The position numbers and the translations under genes are program-made. From an uncultured Sangeribacter sp. (lineage in GTDB: Bacteria; Bacteroidota; Bacteroidia; Bacteroidales; Muribaculaceae), in NCBI GenBank assembly GCA_964521885.1, contig CAZFUF010000007.1, forward strand, positions 542 through 64,541: 64,000 bases of DNA. The letters run 5' to 3'. Numbering within the stretch: position 1 is the first letter of the stretch; the number at the start of each line of letters is the position of its first letter. The notes below the pieces were generated by a model. The model searched no databases. It was not told the DNA's origin and worked only from the letters and a program-made list of their open reading frames with translations. Shown here piece by piece: positions 40,940-49,723 of this stretch.

Positions 40940-40982
40940 AAATAAGAGCCCGTCTCAATTTTTTTGAGACGGGCTCTTATTT
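40940..40982. repeat. Perfect 19-bp-arm palindrome; most complete copy of the CGTCTC family
   Basis: AAATAAGAGCCCGTCTCAA-TTTTT-TTGAGACGGGCTCTTATTT. Confidence 0.9.
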
Positions 40983-41426
40983 TAACCAGAATCCGGAATA
41001 GCGGATTATAAAGAAATGAAGAGTATTGTTTAGGATGATTTGATATAAAAGCGGAGAGGATAGTAACAAAATTATTTATTTTCTTTATTTTTTGTTTCTT
41101 TGTTTAAAAATTATGTTGTATCTTTGTTGCTTATAAAAGGCTTCTGTAAATTAATTTGACAATTTTTAGTTTATTTTTTTATGTTGATTGGGTTCAAAAA
41201 TACTTGATTTAATATTTATTTGAATCTTTTGGATATTAATTGATGAATTGATATTTTGTCATAATTTGTTTAATTTATTTGTTTTTTTGGATTCAAAGAA
41301 GAAAGTTTGACCAATAATTTAACTTATTTATCTTTCTATTTGACATTTCCTTTTTATTTGTTTAAATAATTTCATTAATTTGATTTTATTGCTTGCTTAT
41401 TCTATTGTTGGCTTAAAAATGAGATT

Positions 41427-43007
41427 ATGAGAAAAATTTACTTTTTGTTTTTTGTAATTTTGGGTTTAAATTGTTTCGGATGGAACGTTTCCACCGAACC
41501 GCAACCCGCCCGTGCGCTTATTGAGGAATATACCGGTATTCATTGTCCCAACTGCCCCGATGGGCATGCCATTGCTGCCAGAATCGTCGGTCTCCATCCC
41601 GAAGAAGTTTACAGCGTCGCTATCCATGCCGGATACTATGCAAATCCAGGAACCGGTGAACCCGATTTCAGGACTCCGATCGGGGAAGCATTACTGGAAT
41701 ATTTTGAAGTGGGATTCTTTCCTTCAGGCGTAATAAACCGTATGGAAGGAGCTATTTCACGCAGTCTATGGGGTTCTAAATGCCGAGATGTCTTGGCGAG
41801 CACTTCCCCTGTAAATCTCTGGACTTCATCTTCATTTAATCCAGATAATAATGAGGTGACTCTCGATATTGAAGGTTATCTCACTTCTTCAATGTCCGAT
41901 CCCCGTCTGAACGTATATTTGCTACAAAGCGAAATACTCGGTCCTCAGAGCGGAGGACAACTGGGAGTGGAATATCCTCATCGTCATGTCTTGCGTGCCG
42001 CTTTGACAAAAGGAAATTTCGGTGAAGAGATTGATAAGAAAGAGAAAGGTGATTACTTCTCTAAAACCCTTAAATATGTTATTCCTGCTGAGATTCGTGG
42101 TGTAGCAACTGATCCGAAAAATATGACGTTGCTTACTTTTGTCTCTGATGGCGAGCGTAATATAGTCCAGGTGACTGAATCTCATATTTCGCATCCAGAT
42201 TTCGAACAGCAACTGATTGTTGAGGCAAAATCACCTCTTATCCCTATAAGTCGTAACTATGGTTTTGACTTTTTTGAGGTCATGCTTCATAATTTCGGTG
42301 GAATTACTCTTGAGAATGCCCAGTTTAATGTTACGATTAATGATAAATCCCAGACTCATTTTTGGGAAGGGTCTATCCCCGGACATTCAGCTCAGTTAGT
42401 GCGCATCCCATTATCAGGTAGCTGGTCTTCGTATGTCGACGATGAACTTAATAATTACTCCATACGTCTGGTGAAAGTCAACGGTGAGGATGTTGAAAGT
42501 CCCACGATGAAGGGTAAATATTTCGAAATTGGAACTTATCCTAATGAAATGACTTTAAAAATAAAGACTGATCTCGATGCCGCAGATAATACATATCGGA
42601 TTCTTGACACTGATGGTAATGTTGTAAAAGAATTCGGTCCTTATCCTAACGGTGAGACTGAAGAATATACGGAATCGGTCTCTCTTGAAATCGATAAAAT
42701 TTATTGCTTGGAAATAGCTGACAAATGGGGTGATGGTATCTGTCATCCTGCCGGTTATGTAAAACTTTATGATGCCAGTGGCAATCAGGTCGGGCAATAT
42801 CGTGAGATTAATGATTACGGTATGCGTCAATTTTTCCGTACCACTGATTCCAGTGCGGTCAAATCTGTCGGAGATGAAGAAGTTGTATGTATAGATTATT
42901 TTGACATCAACGGTCGTAAAATAGAGAACCCGACGCAAGGAATTTTTATTCGTCGATCAGTAAAAGTTTCCGGTAAAACCGACTATTGCAAAATAATTGC
43001 AAAATAA
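41427..43007 (+). CDS. Omp28-related protein with a thioredoxin-like CxxC, extra beta-sandwich domains and a T9SS-like CTD
   Basis: LIEEYTGIHCPNCPDG, IHAG, YPHRHVLR; C-terminal YFDINGRKIENPTQGIFI. Confidence 0.82.
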   Translation: MRKIYFLFFVILGLNCFGWNVSTEPQPARALIEEYTGIHCPNCPDGHAIAARIVGLHPEEVYSVAIHAGYYANPGTGEPDFRTPIGEALLEYFEVGFFPSGVINRMEGAISRSLWGSKCRDVLASTSPVNLWTSSSFNPDNNEVTLDIEGYLTSSMSDPRLNVYLLQSEILGPQSGGQLGVEYPHRHVLRAALTKGNFGEEIDKKEKGDYFSKTLKYVIPAEIRGVATDPKNMTLLTFVSDGERNIVQVTESHISHPDFEQQLIVEAKSPLIPISRNYGFDFFEVMLHNFGGITLENAQFNVTINDKSQTHFWEGSIPGHSAQLVRIPLSGSWSSYVDDELNNYSIRLVKVNGEDVESPTMKGKYFEIGTYPNEMTLKIKTDLDAADNTYRILDTDGNVVKEFGPYPNGETEEYTESVSLEIDKIYCLEIADKWGDGICHPAGYVKLYDASGNQVGQYREINDYGMRQFFRTTDSSAVKSVGDEEVVCIDYFDINGRKIENPTQGIFIRRSVKVSGKTDYCKIIAK

Positions 43008-43018
43008 TTGCAAAATAA
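42986..43018. repeat. 11-bp tandem repeat x3 spanning the Omp28 stop codon
   Basis: TTGCAAAATAA at 42986, 42997 and 43008; the TAA stop (43005-43007) is inside copy 2. Confidence 0.9.
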
Positions 43019-43062
43019 TTATATAACACGGACTATTATAAACACAATATAATTTTAAGCCT

Positions 43063-44766
43063 ATGAAGAAATCTTTACTTTCGGGTTTGGCAATCTCATT
43101 GGCTCTATCGGCATACGCCGGGTGGAGCAATGACATTGAATCTCCCGTCTCTCTTTTCCCGGTGAATACCAACAGTTATGCCACTGACGTGGTATCAACA
43201 CCGGATGGTGGTGTTTGGGCCATGGTCTATCATCCAAACACTAAAAACGCTGATGATGAATATGACACCGGCAATGTGGTGTATGAGTATCGGGTTCAAT
43301 ACTTCGACCCTCAGGGTAATCCTAAGTTCCCTGAAATGGGTTTGCTTGTGAGCGATTATGCTAACTGGTCTTATACTGTCGTGAATCAGTACATGGCTTC
43401 CGATACTGAAGGGAATCTTATCCTTTCCGTACTTGACTCCCGAAATTCCAATGCCGGGGAGCGTTCATATACTGCTTACAAAATCTCACCTGACGGTGAA
43501 TTCCTTTGGGGAGAGGATGGAAAACCGATTACTGATCCTACACAGCCGGCTCAGTTTACCGCCTGTATGCGATTTGTCGAACTTTCAGACCATTCATTCG
43601 TTTTTGCGTGGCAAGAGATGGACGACGTAACCAATAAGATACGTCTTCAGCGTCTTGATAAAGATGGAAACCGTACTTGGAAAGACGGCATCCTCGCTGA
43701 GCCAACAGACCCTACATCTTATCCATACCTGGTGGAATCCGGTGACAATACTTTCATAATGGTTTTTGCCAAGACTGCTTCTCAGATACTCTATGCGAGA
43801 AAGATGGATTTTGAAGGTGAGAAAGTTTGGGGTAAGGATGTGCGAATCTATCGAGGGGGCTGGGGCTCAGTTCCTATTCATACCCTTATTACTGTCAAAC
43901 CCTCCAATAACGGAGGTGTTATAGTCGGCTGGACTGATGATCGCACCGCTACCAATATTGAATATGCCTACATGAGTTATGTCACTCCGGATGGCAAGCT
44001 CGCCTTTTCAGGAGCTTCAGACGAAGCTGATTGTAAACTTTCCTATGAGAACATTCGTAAATTTAATGTTTCCATTGTTGCCGCTGAGGATGCAAGTTGT
44101 TTTTATGCCATCTGGCGTCAGACAAATTCAAGCCAGACATGGCAAGGAATGAAGATGCAAAAAGTCAGTCTCACCGGAGAACTCCTTTGGGGTGATGAAG
44201 CTAAAGATCTATACCCGTTGGAGGAAGGTGTCAGTCTGGGGTATGTCTCTCTTTGCAATGCAGAGGATAACGGGGCTTGTGCGTTCTTCGAGGTTTATCG
44301 TAATTACTTTGATCAACAGTGTATAGCATCTCGTTTTGATGAAGACGGGAATTATGTTTGGAATGACGAATTTTTCTATTTCTCTGCCCCGGATCGAAAA
44401 GCATCCGGTCTTGTTGCGAAAAATTATATAGGTAATAATTCCTGGTTGGCAAACTGGACTGACGGTGGCACCTCTGCCGAGGATAAAGATGTCGTCTATT
44501 GCATGAACATCGTTAATGCGGATGGCTCTTTGGGAGTTGACCCACGCGGTATTAAAACAATCCAGAATGGTAAGGCTCATTTTGTATTTGATGGAAAGGC
44601 TCTTTCAGCCGATCTGCCTGATGGAACTCTCGTAGAGATCCTTAATGCAGCCGGCCTTAAAGTTGCCGTATCTTCATTTAATAGTGGAAAGGCTCCGTTA
44701 AACCTTGGCAAAGGTATTTATGTTGCCCGCGCGGGAAGCCGGGTTATTAAATTTTGTGTTCAGTGA
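43063..44766 (+). CDS. Secreted beta-propeller-like protein with a T9SS-like CTD
   Basis: Signal peptide; about 8 repeats of the pattern hydrophobic-D/S-x-x-G-x-x-x-W/F; C-terminal LGKGIYVARAGSRVIKF. Confidence 0.75.
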   Translation: MKKSLLSGLAISLALSAYAGWSNDIESPVSLFPVNTNSYATDVVSTPDGGVWAMVYHPNTKNADDEYDTGNVVYEYRVQYFDPQGNPKFPEMGLLVSDYANWSYTVVNQYMASDTEGNLILSVLDSRNSNAGERSYTAYKISPDGEFLWGEDGKPITDPTQPAQFTACMRFVELSDHSFVFAWQEMDDVTNKIRLQRLDKDGNRTWKDGILAEPTDPTSYPYLVESGDNTFIMVFAKTASQILYARKMDFEGEKVWGKDVRIYRGGWGSVPIHTLITVKPSNNGGVIVGWTDDRTATNIEYAYMSYVTPDGKLAFSGASDEADCKLSYENIRKFNVSIVAAEDASCFYAIWRQTNSSQTWQGMKMQKVSLTGELLWGDEAKDLYPLEEGVSLGYVSLCNAEDNGACAFFEVYRNYFDQQCIASRFDEDGNYVWNDEFFYFSAPDRKASGLVAKNYIGNNSWLANWTDGGTSAEDKDVVYCMNIVNADGSLGVDPRGIKTIQNGKAHFVFDGKALSADLPDGTLVEILNAAGLKVAVSSFNSGKAPLNLGKGIYVARAGSRVIKFCVQ

Positions 44767-44796
44767 TATTAATCTATAACCCATAATACAATTATT

Positions 44797-47673
44797 ATGA
44801 ATAAATTGAAATTATTTGCAGGAGCCTGTCTGCTTGCTTTGACCGGTATTCAGGCACATGCCCAATATGTTCTTGGGTATACAATGTCTGAGGGGGCCGG
44901 GACGTATACTCCTCTTGACTCTCCTACAGTTATATTCGATGGAGCTACCACTCAACTCCCGAGCACAAGCACCTTGGAATATAATGTCTTTACCAGTGGC
45001 TCAATTTTAAGTGAATCCGGCACAGCTCAGGGTTATCCCATCGGTTTTGATGTCGATATCAACGGCACATCCTATTCCAACTTCGTTGTCGGATATCCCG
45101 GATATGTTCAGCTTGGAAATGGGGAGATGAATATCCAGATGCTCGGAAACCGTTGGCTCCAAACTGAAACATCAGTCGTGGCGTACGGTTTTTCCAACCG
45201 CAGAGGTTACGGATATGATGAGAATACCCAAATTTCTTATAAGACTGTAGGTTCAGGGGATGATCAACGACTTATCGTGCAATTCTCACACTTCGGAATG
45301 CAAATCGGTTTCTGGGGAGATCCCTCATACGTAGATATTCAGCTCGCTATTTGGAAAGATGGCAAGGTGGAATTTACATTCAATAATTTCGCTAATGTCG
45401 GTGAGGATAGCAGTATGCCTATCTATGCAGGCATTACTATTGATGCAAACTTTGTAGCAGCATCCGGCACATACGGAGATGATAATTTTGAAATGACACG
45501 TAATTCACTAAATGATTCCAATTATCCCTCCACAATGCCTAACGGATCTACCTTGACATTCAACGTGCCCACTCCATGTGTCGTTCCGTCAGGGCAACCT
45601 ACTGATATGGATCTTAAGTCTACAAGCAATACTATTGAAGGTTCATTTGTGGCTACAGATTCCGCTGATTCTTATCTTGTGGTTTACGCTCCAGTCGGTA
45701 AAACACTTGCCGTTCCGGTAGATGGAACACAGTATCCTTCAAAATCTGAATATGGCGAAGGTAAAGTGGCTTATTACGGTGATTTGACTTCATTCATTCT
45801 GTATGGTCTTCCCGGTGGAGTGGATTATGAATTTACAGCATATGCAGCCAATTCATTTGGTAAAGGGGGTCCGGTTTATAATACAACTAATCCTCTTAAA
45901 GCCAACATAAGCACTCTTCCTGATGGTGCAAAATCCATAGAATTGACTTCAGCTACTACCGAATCCCTCACATTTGATATCGTTTCAAATGAAGCTGACG
46001 ATGATGTTGTTGTCATCTACAATTCTTATTGCGGACGTGATGTATATGGCGATCATGGATTGTTCGGTGAATTGCCTGCTGATCCCAAAGCCGGTGATGT
46101 CCTTCCCGTTGCTGAAGACTTTACTCCTCCGTATGAAATGGAGGGTGCTCCAATGCCCGAAAATGCAGGTGTCATCGCATACGTCGGTAAAGCCGGAGAA
46201 CTTACTTTAGACAATCTTAAACCCTCCACAGGTTATTACGTTGGTGTCTATACCCGCAGTGCTAATGGAAATTACACTTCAAGCCCATTGTATGGAGGAG
46301 CCACTACTAATATTGAAGCTCCCTATACCGGTGACTCTTATAACTTCCCGCGCTACAGACTCCCGCTTGGATGGACAGGTTCCGAGACTTCTGCTGAAGA
46401 TGGAACCGTCGAGTTCCAGGATAACCTCTTCTTTAATGTCCGCACTATGGAAGTATCTCAGGGTACTCAGCTTGTGCAACAACAGGCACGTATAACAGGA
46501 AACAGTGCGACCGAGGGTAAAGCTGCCTGGGTGACCCCAAATGCGGTTGAAGTCAATGATCGTCACCTTATTGCAAAGTTTGATTATTGCTTGACATTCG
46601 GTGCTTCCCGTTTCTCTACCATCGCCTATAACGATTGGGCTGAAAATGATGAGCTCTCTCTCCGTATCTCAACTGATGGTGGCGAAACTTGGGAATCTTT
46701 GGTTATTTACACTCCCGAAAATCACCCGCAACAGGAAGAGACTCTATCTTATGTAAGTATTGCTGCGGATCTTAACGAATATCGTGGCCAAACTGTTTTG
46801 TTGCAATTATATTGGAAGACATACTCTGTAGCTGCTTTCGGAACAACCGCATATATCGACTGCTTCAGCGTGCTTCAGGGTGAATTCCCCGCTGTTCCCG
46901 AAGTTGCGATGGGTAAAATTACCGATACTTCTGCAGTCGTATCATGGACCTCTCAACAGGAAGACTATCAACTCGTATATAATGTAAAGGGTGCTGATGA
47001 AGTAACCGTTGTCACCGTTAAAAACAGTTCGACATATACTCTTAAGAATTTGAGCCCCGCTACTGAATATGAAGTGATGGTTCGCGGTAAACTCATTGAT
47101 GAGAACGGCGAGCAGACAGGTTGGAGTGAATGGAGTGATCCCGTTGAATTTACAACTGCCGGTTATCCAGCTGTAGATGCGCCTGAAAATCTTGTTGCAG
47201 ATGTTGAAACCCTCGAGGCTTCACATGCCGTAATTCTAAGCTGGGATGCTGTAGAAGATGCGTTAAGTTATCAGGTGGCTTATCGTCTGAGCACTGACAC
47301 GGAATGGTCATACGTCACCAGTCCTTATAACTCAGTGATAGTCTATGAACTTGAGTTTGGCAAATCTTACATCTGGAAAGTAAGCGCCTCTTGTACTCAC
47401 GACCGTGAAACTGAATATTCCGCTCAAGCAAAATTCGATACTCCCGAAGATACTCAAGGTGGTGTATATGCCGTTGAATCAGAAAATGTTTCTGTCAAAG
47501 GTGTGTCCGGTGCGATTGTTATTGAAGGTGCTTCTTCATACAGTGTTTATGCCGCATCAGGTGTAGCGGTAGATGCTGCTAAAGAATGTGGCTCTTCAGT
47601 TTACGTGAATGTTACTCCAGGTGTTTATTTTGTGAAGACCGCATCTCACTCGTTTAAGGTTATCGTGAAGTAA
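44797..47673 (+). CDS. Large secreted fibronectin type III-domain protein with a T9SS-like CTD
   Basis: Signal peptide; FN3 motifs (GLPGGVDYEFTAYA, NLKPSTGYYV, NLSPATEYEVMV, LEFGKSYIWKV); C-terminal VTPGVYFVK. Confidence 0.82.
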   Translation: MNKLKLFAGACLLALTGIQAHAQYVLGYTMSEGAGTYTPLDSPTVIFDGATTQLPSTSTLEYNVFTSGSILSESGTAQGYPIGFDVDINGTSYSNFVVGYPGYVQLGNGEMNIQMLGNRWLQTETSVVAYGFSNRRGYGYDENTQISYKTVGSGDDQRLIVQFSHFGMQIGFWGDPSYVDIQLAIWKDGKVEFTFNNFANVGEDSSMPIYAGITIDANFVAASGTYGDDNFEMTRNSLNDSNYPSTMPNGSTLTFNVPTPCVVPSGQPTDMDLKSTSNTIEGSFVATDSADSYLVVYAPVGKTLAVPVDGTQYPSKSEYGEGKVAYYGDLTSFILYGLPGGVDYEFTAYAANSFGKGGPVYNTTNPLKANISTLPDGAKSIELTSATTESLTFDIVSNEADDDVVVIYNSYCGRDVYGDHGLFGELPADPKAGDVLPVAEDFTPPYEMEGAPMPENAGVIAYVGKAGELTLDNLKPSTGYYVGVYTRSANGNYTSSPLYGGATTNIEAPYTGDSYNFPRYRLPLGWTGSETSAEDGTVEFQDNLFFNVRTMEVSQGTQLVQQQARITGNSATEGKAAWVTPNAVEVNDRHLIAKFDYCLTFGASRFSTIAYNDWAENDELSLRISTDGGETWESLVIYTPENHPQQEETLSYVSIAADLNEYRGQTVLLQLYWKTYSVAAFGTTAYIDCFSVLQGEFPAVPEVAMGKITDTSAVVSWTSQQEDYQLVYNVKGADEVTVVTVKNSSTYTLKNLSPATEYEVMVRGKLIDENGEQTGWSEWSDPVEFTTAGYPAVDAPENLVADVETLEASHAVILSWDAVEDALSYQVAYRLSTDTEWSYVTSPYNSVIVYELEFGKSYIWKVSASCTHDRETEYSAQAKFDTPEDTQGGVYAVESENVSVKGVSGAIVIEGASSYSVYAASGVAVDAAKECGSSVYVNVTPGVYFVKTASHSFKVIVK

Positions 47674-47746
47674 CAGAGAGTTACGCAAAATTTGAGTTAT
47701 CATGGTTTATCGTGAAGCCGGATAACGCATCGATATTGTTCAAATT

Positions 47747-47788
47747 GGAGGATGTACAGATTTAATTCTGCCACATCCTCCTTTTTTT
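47747..47788 (+). terminator. Terminator of the Omp28-propeller-FN3 operon
   Basis: GGAGGATGT / ACATCCTCC stem followed by T7. Confidence 0.8.
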
Positions 47789-47908
47789 CAAAAAATCATA
47801 AGGATTAACATCTTTTGTAAGTTTTATGATGTAATTTTTAATTTGCTCTGAACAATTCATTTTGAAATTATGTAGATAAGGTGTAATTTTGTATTAAATT
47901 TAATTCAG

Positions 47909-48754
47909 ATGAAAAAATTTATAAACATCATATCCATTCTCATACTTTCTTCACTCTGTGCGCATGCTGCTACCGTGCGCCATTCATGCGCTCTTGACTC
48001 ATTGAAGGGGGAGGAGTTGATGACAATAGCCGAAAATACCGTAGGATCTCATGGTGATAAGATTATAGCTGTTGCCAATCAGTTGATAGGTTCTCCGAAG
48101 GGATTTGATTGTGAGAATGATTCTATTGGAACTTCAAAGTTAAATTTTCAAAATTTCACGAAGTCTTCATTCATTAATTCAGTGCTTGCAGTGGTAAAAG
48201 CAACCGAAGCTCCTCATCCGGGCTTCCACGCCCTTGAGGAATCATGGATTTCCTTAACCAGACGCAGAGGTGAAGACAATGGGTTCCCATCTAAATTAAT
48301 CTATGGTGCCGATTGGATTGTGGACAATATCTACAGAGGGAACATAAAGGAGATGACTGAGCTTGTCAGCGACGGAAGTTTCAAGACAAAATCACTTGAT
48401 TATGTCACTAGAAATAGAGATAAATTCCCTGCACTCAAGGATTCTCTGGCTTATGATATGATGAGAATGGTAGAAATGGGGTATAAATCTCATAAGATTC
48501 CTCATCTGAAAAAGCAGACCTTAGGAAAAAAAGATATTTCCGGAAGACTTGAAAACGGAGACATAATTATGCTGTTATCTCCACAGATTGATTTTGACGT
48601 CTATGATATCGGATTTATCGAGTTGCGCGACGGTGAGCCTTATTTTATTCATGTCACTGATCAGGGTGTGGTAAAAGAACCGGATCCTTTGCAAAGATTT
48701 TTTAAATTAAACAATCAATTTTTCTACGGTTATAGAATCCTTCGACCGCAATGA
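47909..48754 (+). CDS. DUF1460 (NlpC/P60-like amidase) homolog, apparently catalytically degenerate
   Basis: DWIVDNIYRGNIKE, KSLDYVTRNRDKFPALKD, GDII and GYRILR match DUF1460 proteins as I recall them; the Cys and His motifs are altered. Confidence 0.75.
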   Translation: MKKFINIISILILSSLCAHAATVRHSCALDSLKGEELMTIAENTVGSHGDKIIAVANQLIGSPKGFDCENDSIGTSKLNFQNFTKSSFINSVLAVVKATEAPHPGFHALEESWISLTRRRGEDNGFPSKLIYGADWIVDNIYRGNIKEMTELVSDGSFKTKSLDYVTRNRDKFPALKDSLAYDMMRMVEMGYKSHKIPHLKKQTLGKKDISGRLENGDIIMLLSPQIDFDVYDIGFIELRDGEPYFIHVTDQGVVKEPDPLQRFFKLNNQFFYGYRILRPQ

Positions 48755-49446
48755 TAGTTGTATTCGACCTTGATGATACTCTCTTCAGTGAATTTGATTT
48801 CTGCCGGTCTGCATATCATGCGATTGCGAATGAGTGCAGTTCGAGGTATAATCTGGATGCTGAGGAAATATTCGATGCAATGATGCAGGCGGTTCTTTCT
48901 CATTTGAATCCCTTTGATGCTCTTTTAGAAATTTTCGTTCGTTCTAATCATTCAGTATCAGATTTCGATATTAAGGAATGGGTGGAAAAATACCGACGGC
49001 ATTCTCCTGATTATCTTCCGCTTGCTCAAGACGTCGCTCTTGTGTTTAATACTTTGAAAGCATCGGAGGCTGAATTGGCTATAATCACTGATGGGAGAAT
49101 AAATACCCAGACTGCCAAATACAAGGCTCTCGGACTTGAAAAATTTGTTAATGGTGAGAACCTGATTATTTCAGAAGCCACAGGCCATGACAAAAAATCA
49201 GACTTTAATTTCAAGCTTTTAATGAGTAATTATCCCGGTGAAGAGTTTGTTTATGTCGGAGATAACCCTGCTAAAGATTTTTATTATCCCAATCTTTTAG
49301 GTTGGCATACCATCTGCATCATCCCTACCTTCCCGACTGTCCATCCATTTATCATCCCTGAGAATCCGATGTATAGGGCTGATTTAATAATAAATTCCTT
49401 TAGCGACCTTTTAAAGGATTATCACATCGCGTCCAATATCAAATAA
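48751..49446 (+). CDS. HAD family hydrolase
   Basis: FDLDDTL, IITDG, K in HDKK and YVGDNPAKDF; ATGA overlap with the upstream gene. Confidence 0.9.
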   Translation: MIVVFDLDDTLFSEFDFCRSAYHAIANECSSRYNLDAEEIFDAMMQAVLSHLNPFDALLEIFVRSNHSVSDFDIKEWVEKYRRHSPDYLPLAQDVALVFNTLKASEAELAIITDGRINTQTAKYKALGLEKFVNGENLIISEATGHDKKSDFNFKLLMSNYPGEEFVYVGDNPAKDFYYPNLLGWHTICIIPTFPTVHPFIIPENPMYRADLIINSFSDLLKDYHIASNIK

Positions 49447-49610
49447 GTCAACATTCATATCACATAAGCCAACATTCTCCCGATATTCAAATTCCGTAAT
49501 AACATTTACTAACTTCATCTCAGCTTTAATAATAAATGAAATATCGTGCCAAGAGAATCTCTCGACACGATACTGATTCGAATATTCGAAATGATTATCA
49601 GACTTTGTAA

Positions 49611-49643
49611 TAAGAGCCTATCTCAAATTTTATGAGACGGGTC
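49611..49643. repeat. Imperfect copy of the CGTCTC-core palindrome
   Basis: TAAGAGCCTATCTCA-AATTTTA-TGAGACGGGTC. Confidence 0.8.
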
Positions 49644-49723
49644 GAACTCCTTTTTATGTGTCTGCGTCAGGGTTTATATAATATTAGAATCTTAGATCTT
49701 CAAAAAACCTGATTCAGTCACAT

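Noticed and set aside
40983-41426. Invertible promoter ahead of the T9SS trio
   Set aside because: I found no pair of flanking inverted repeats and there is no recombinase in the window.
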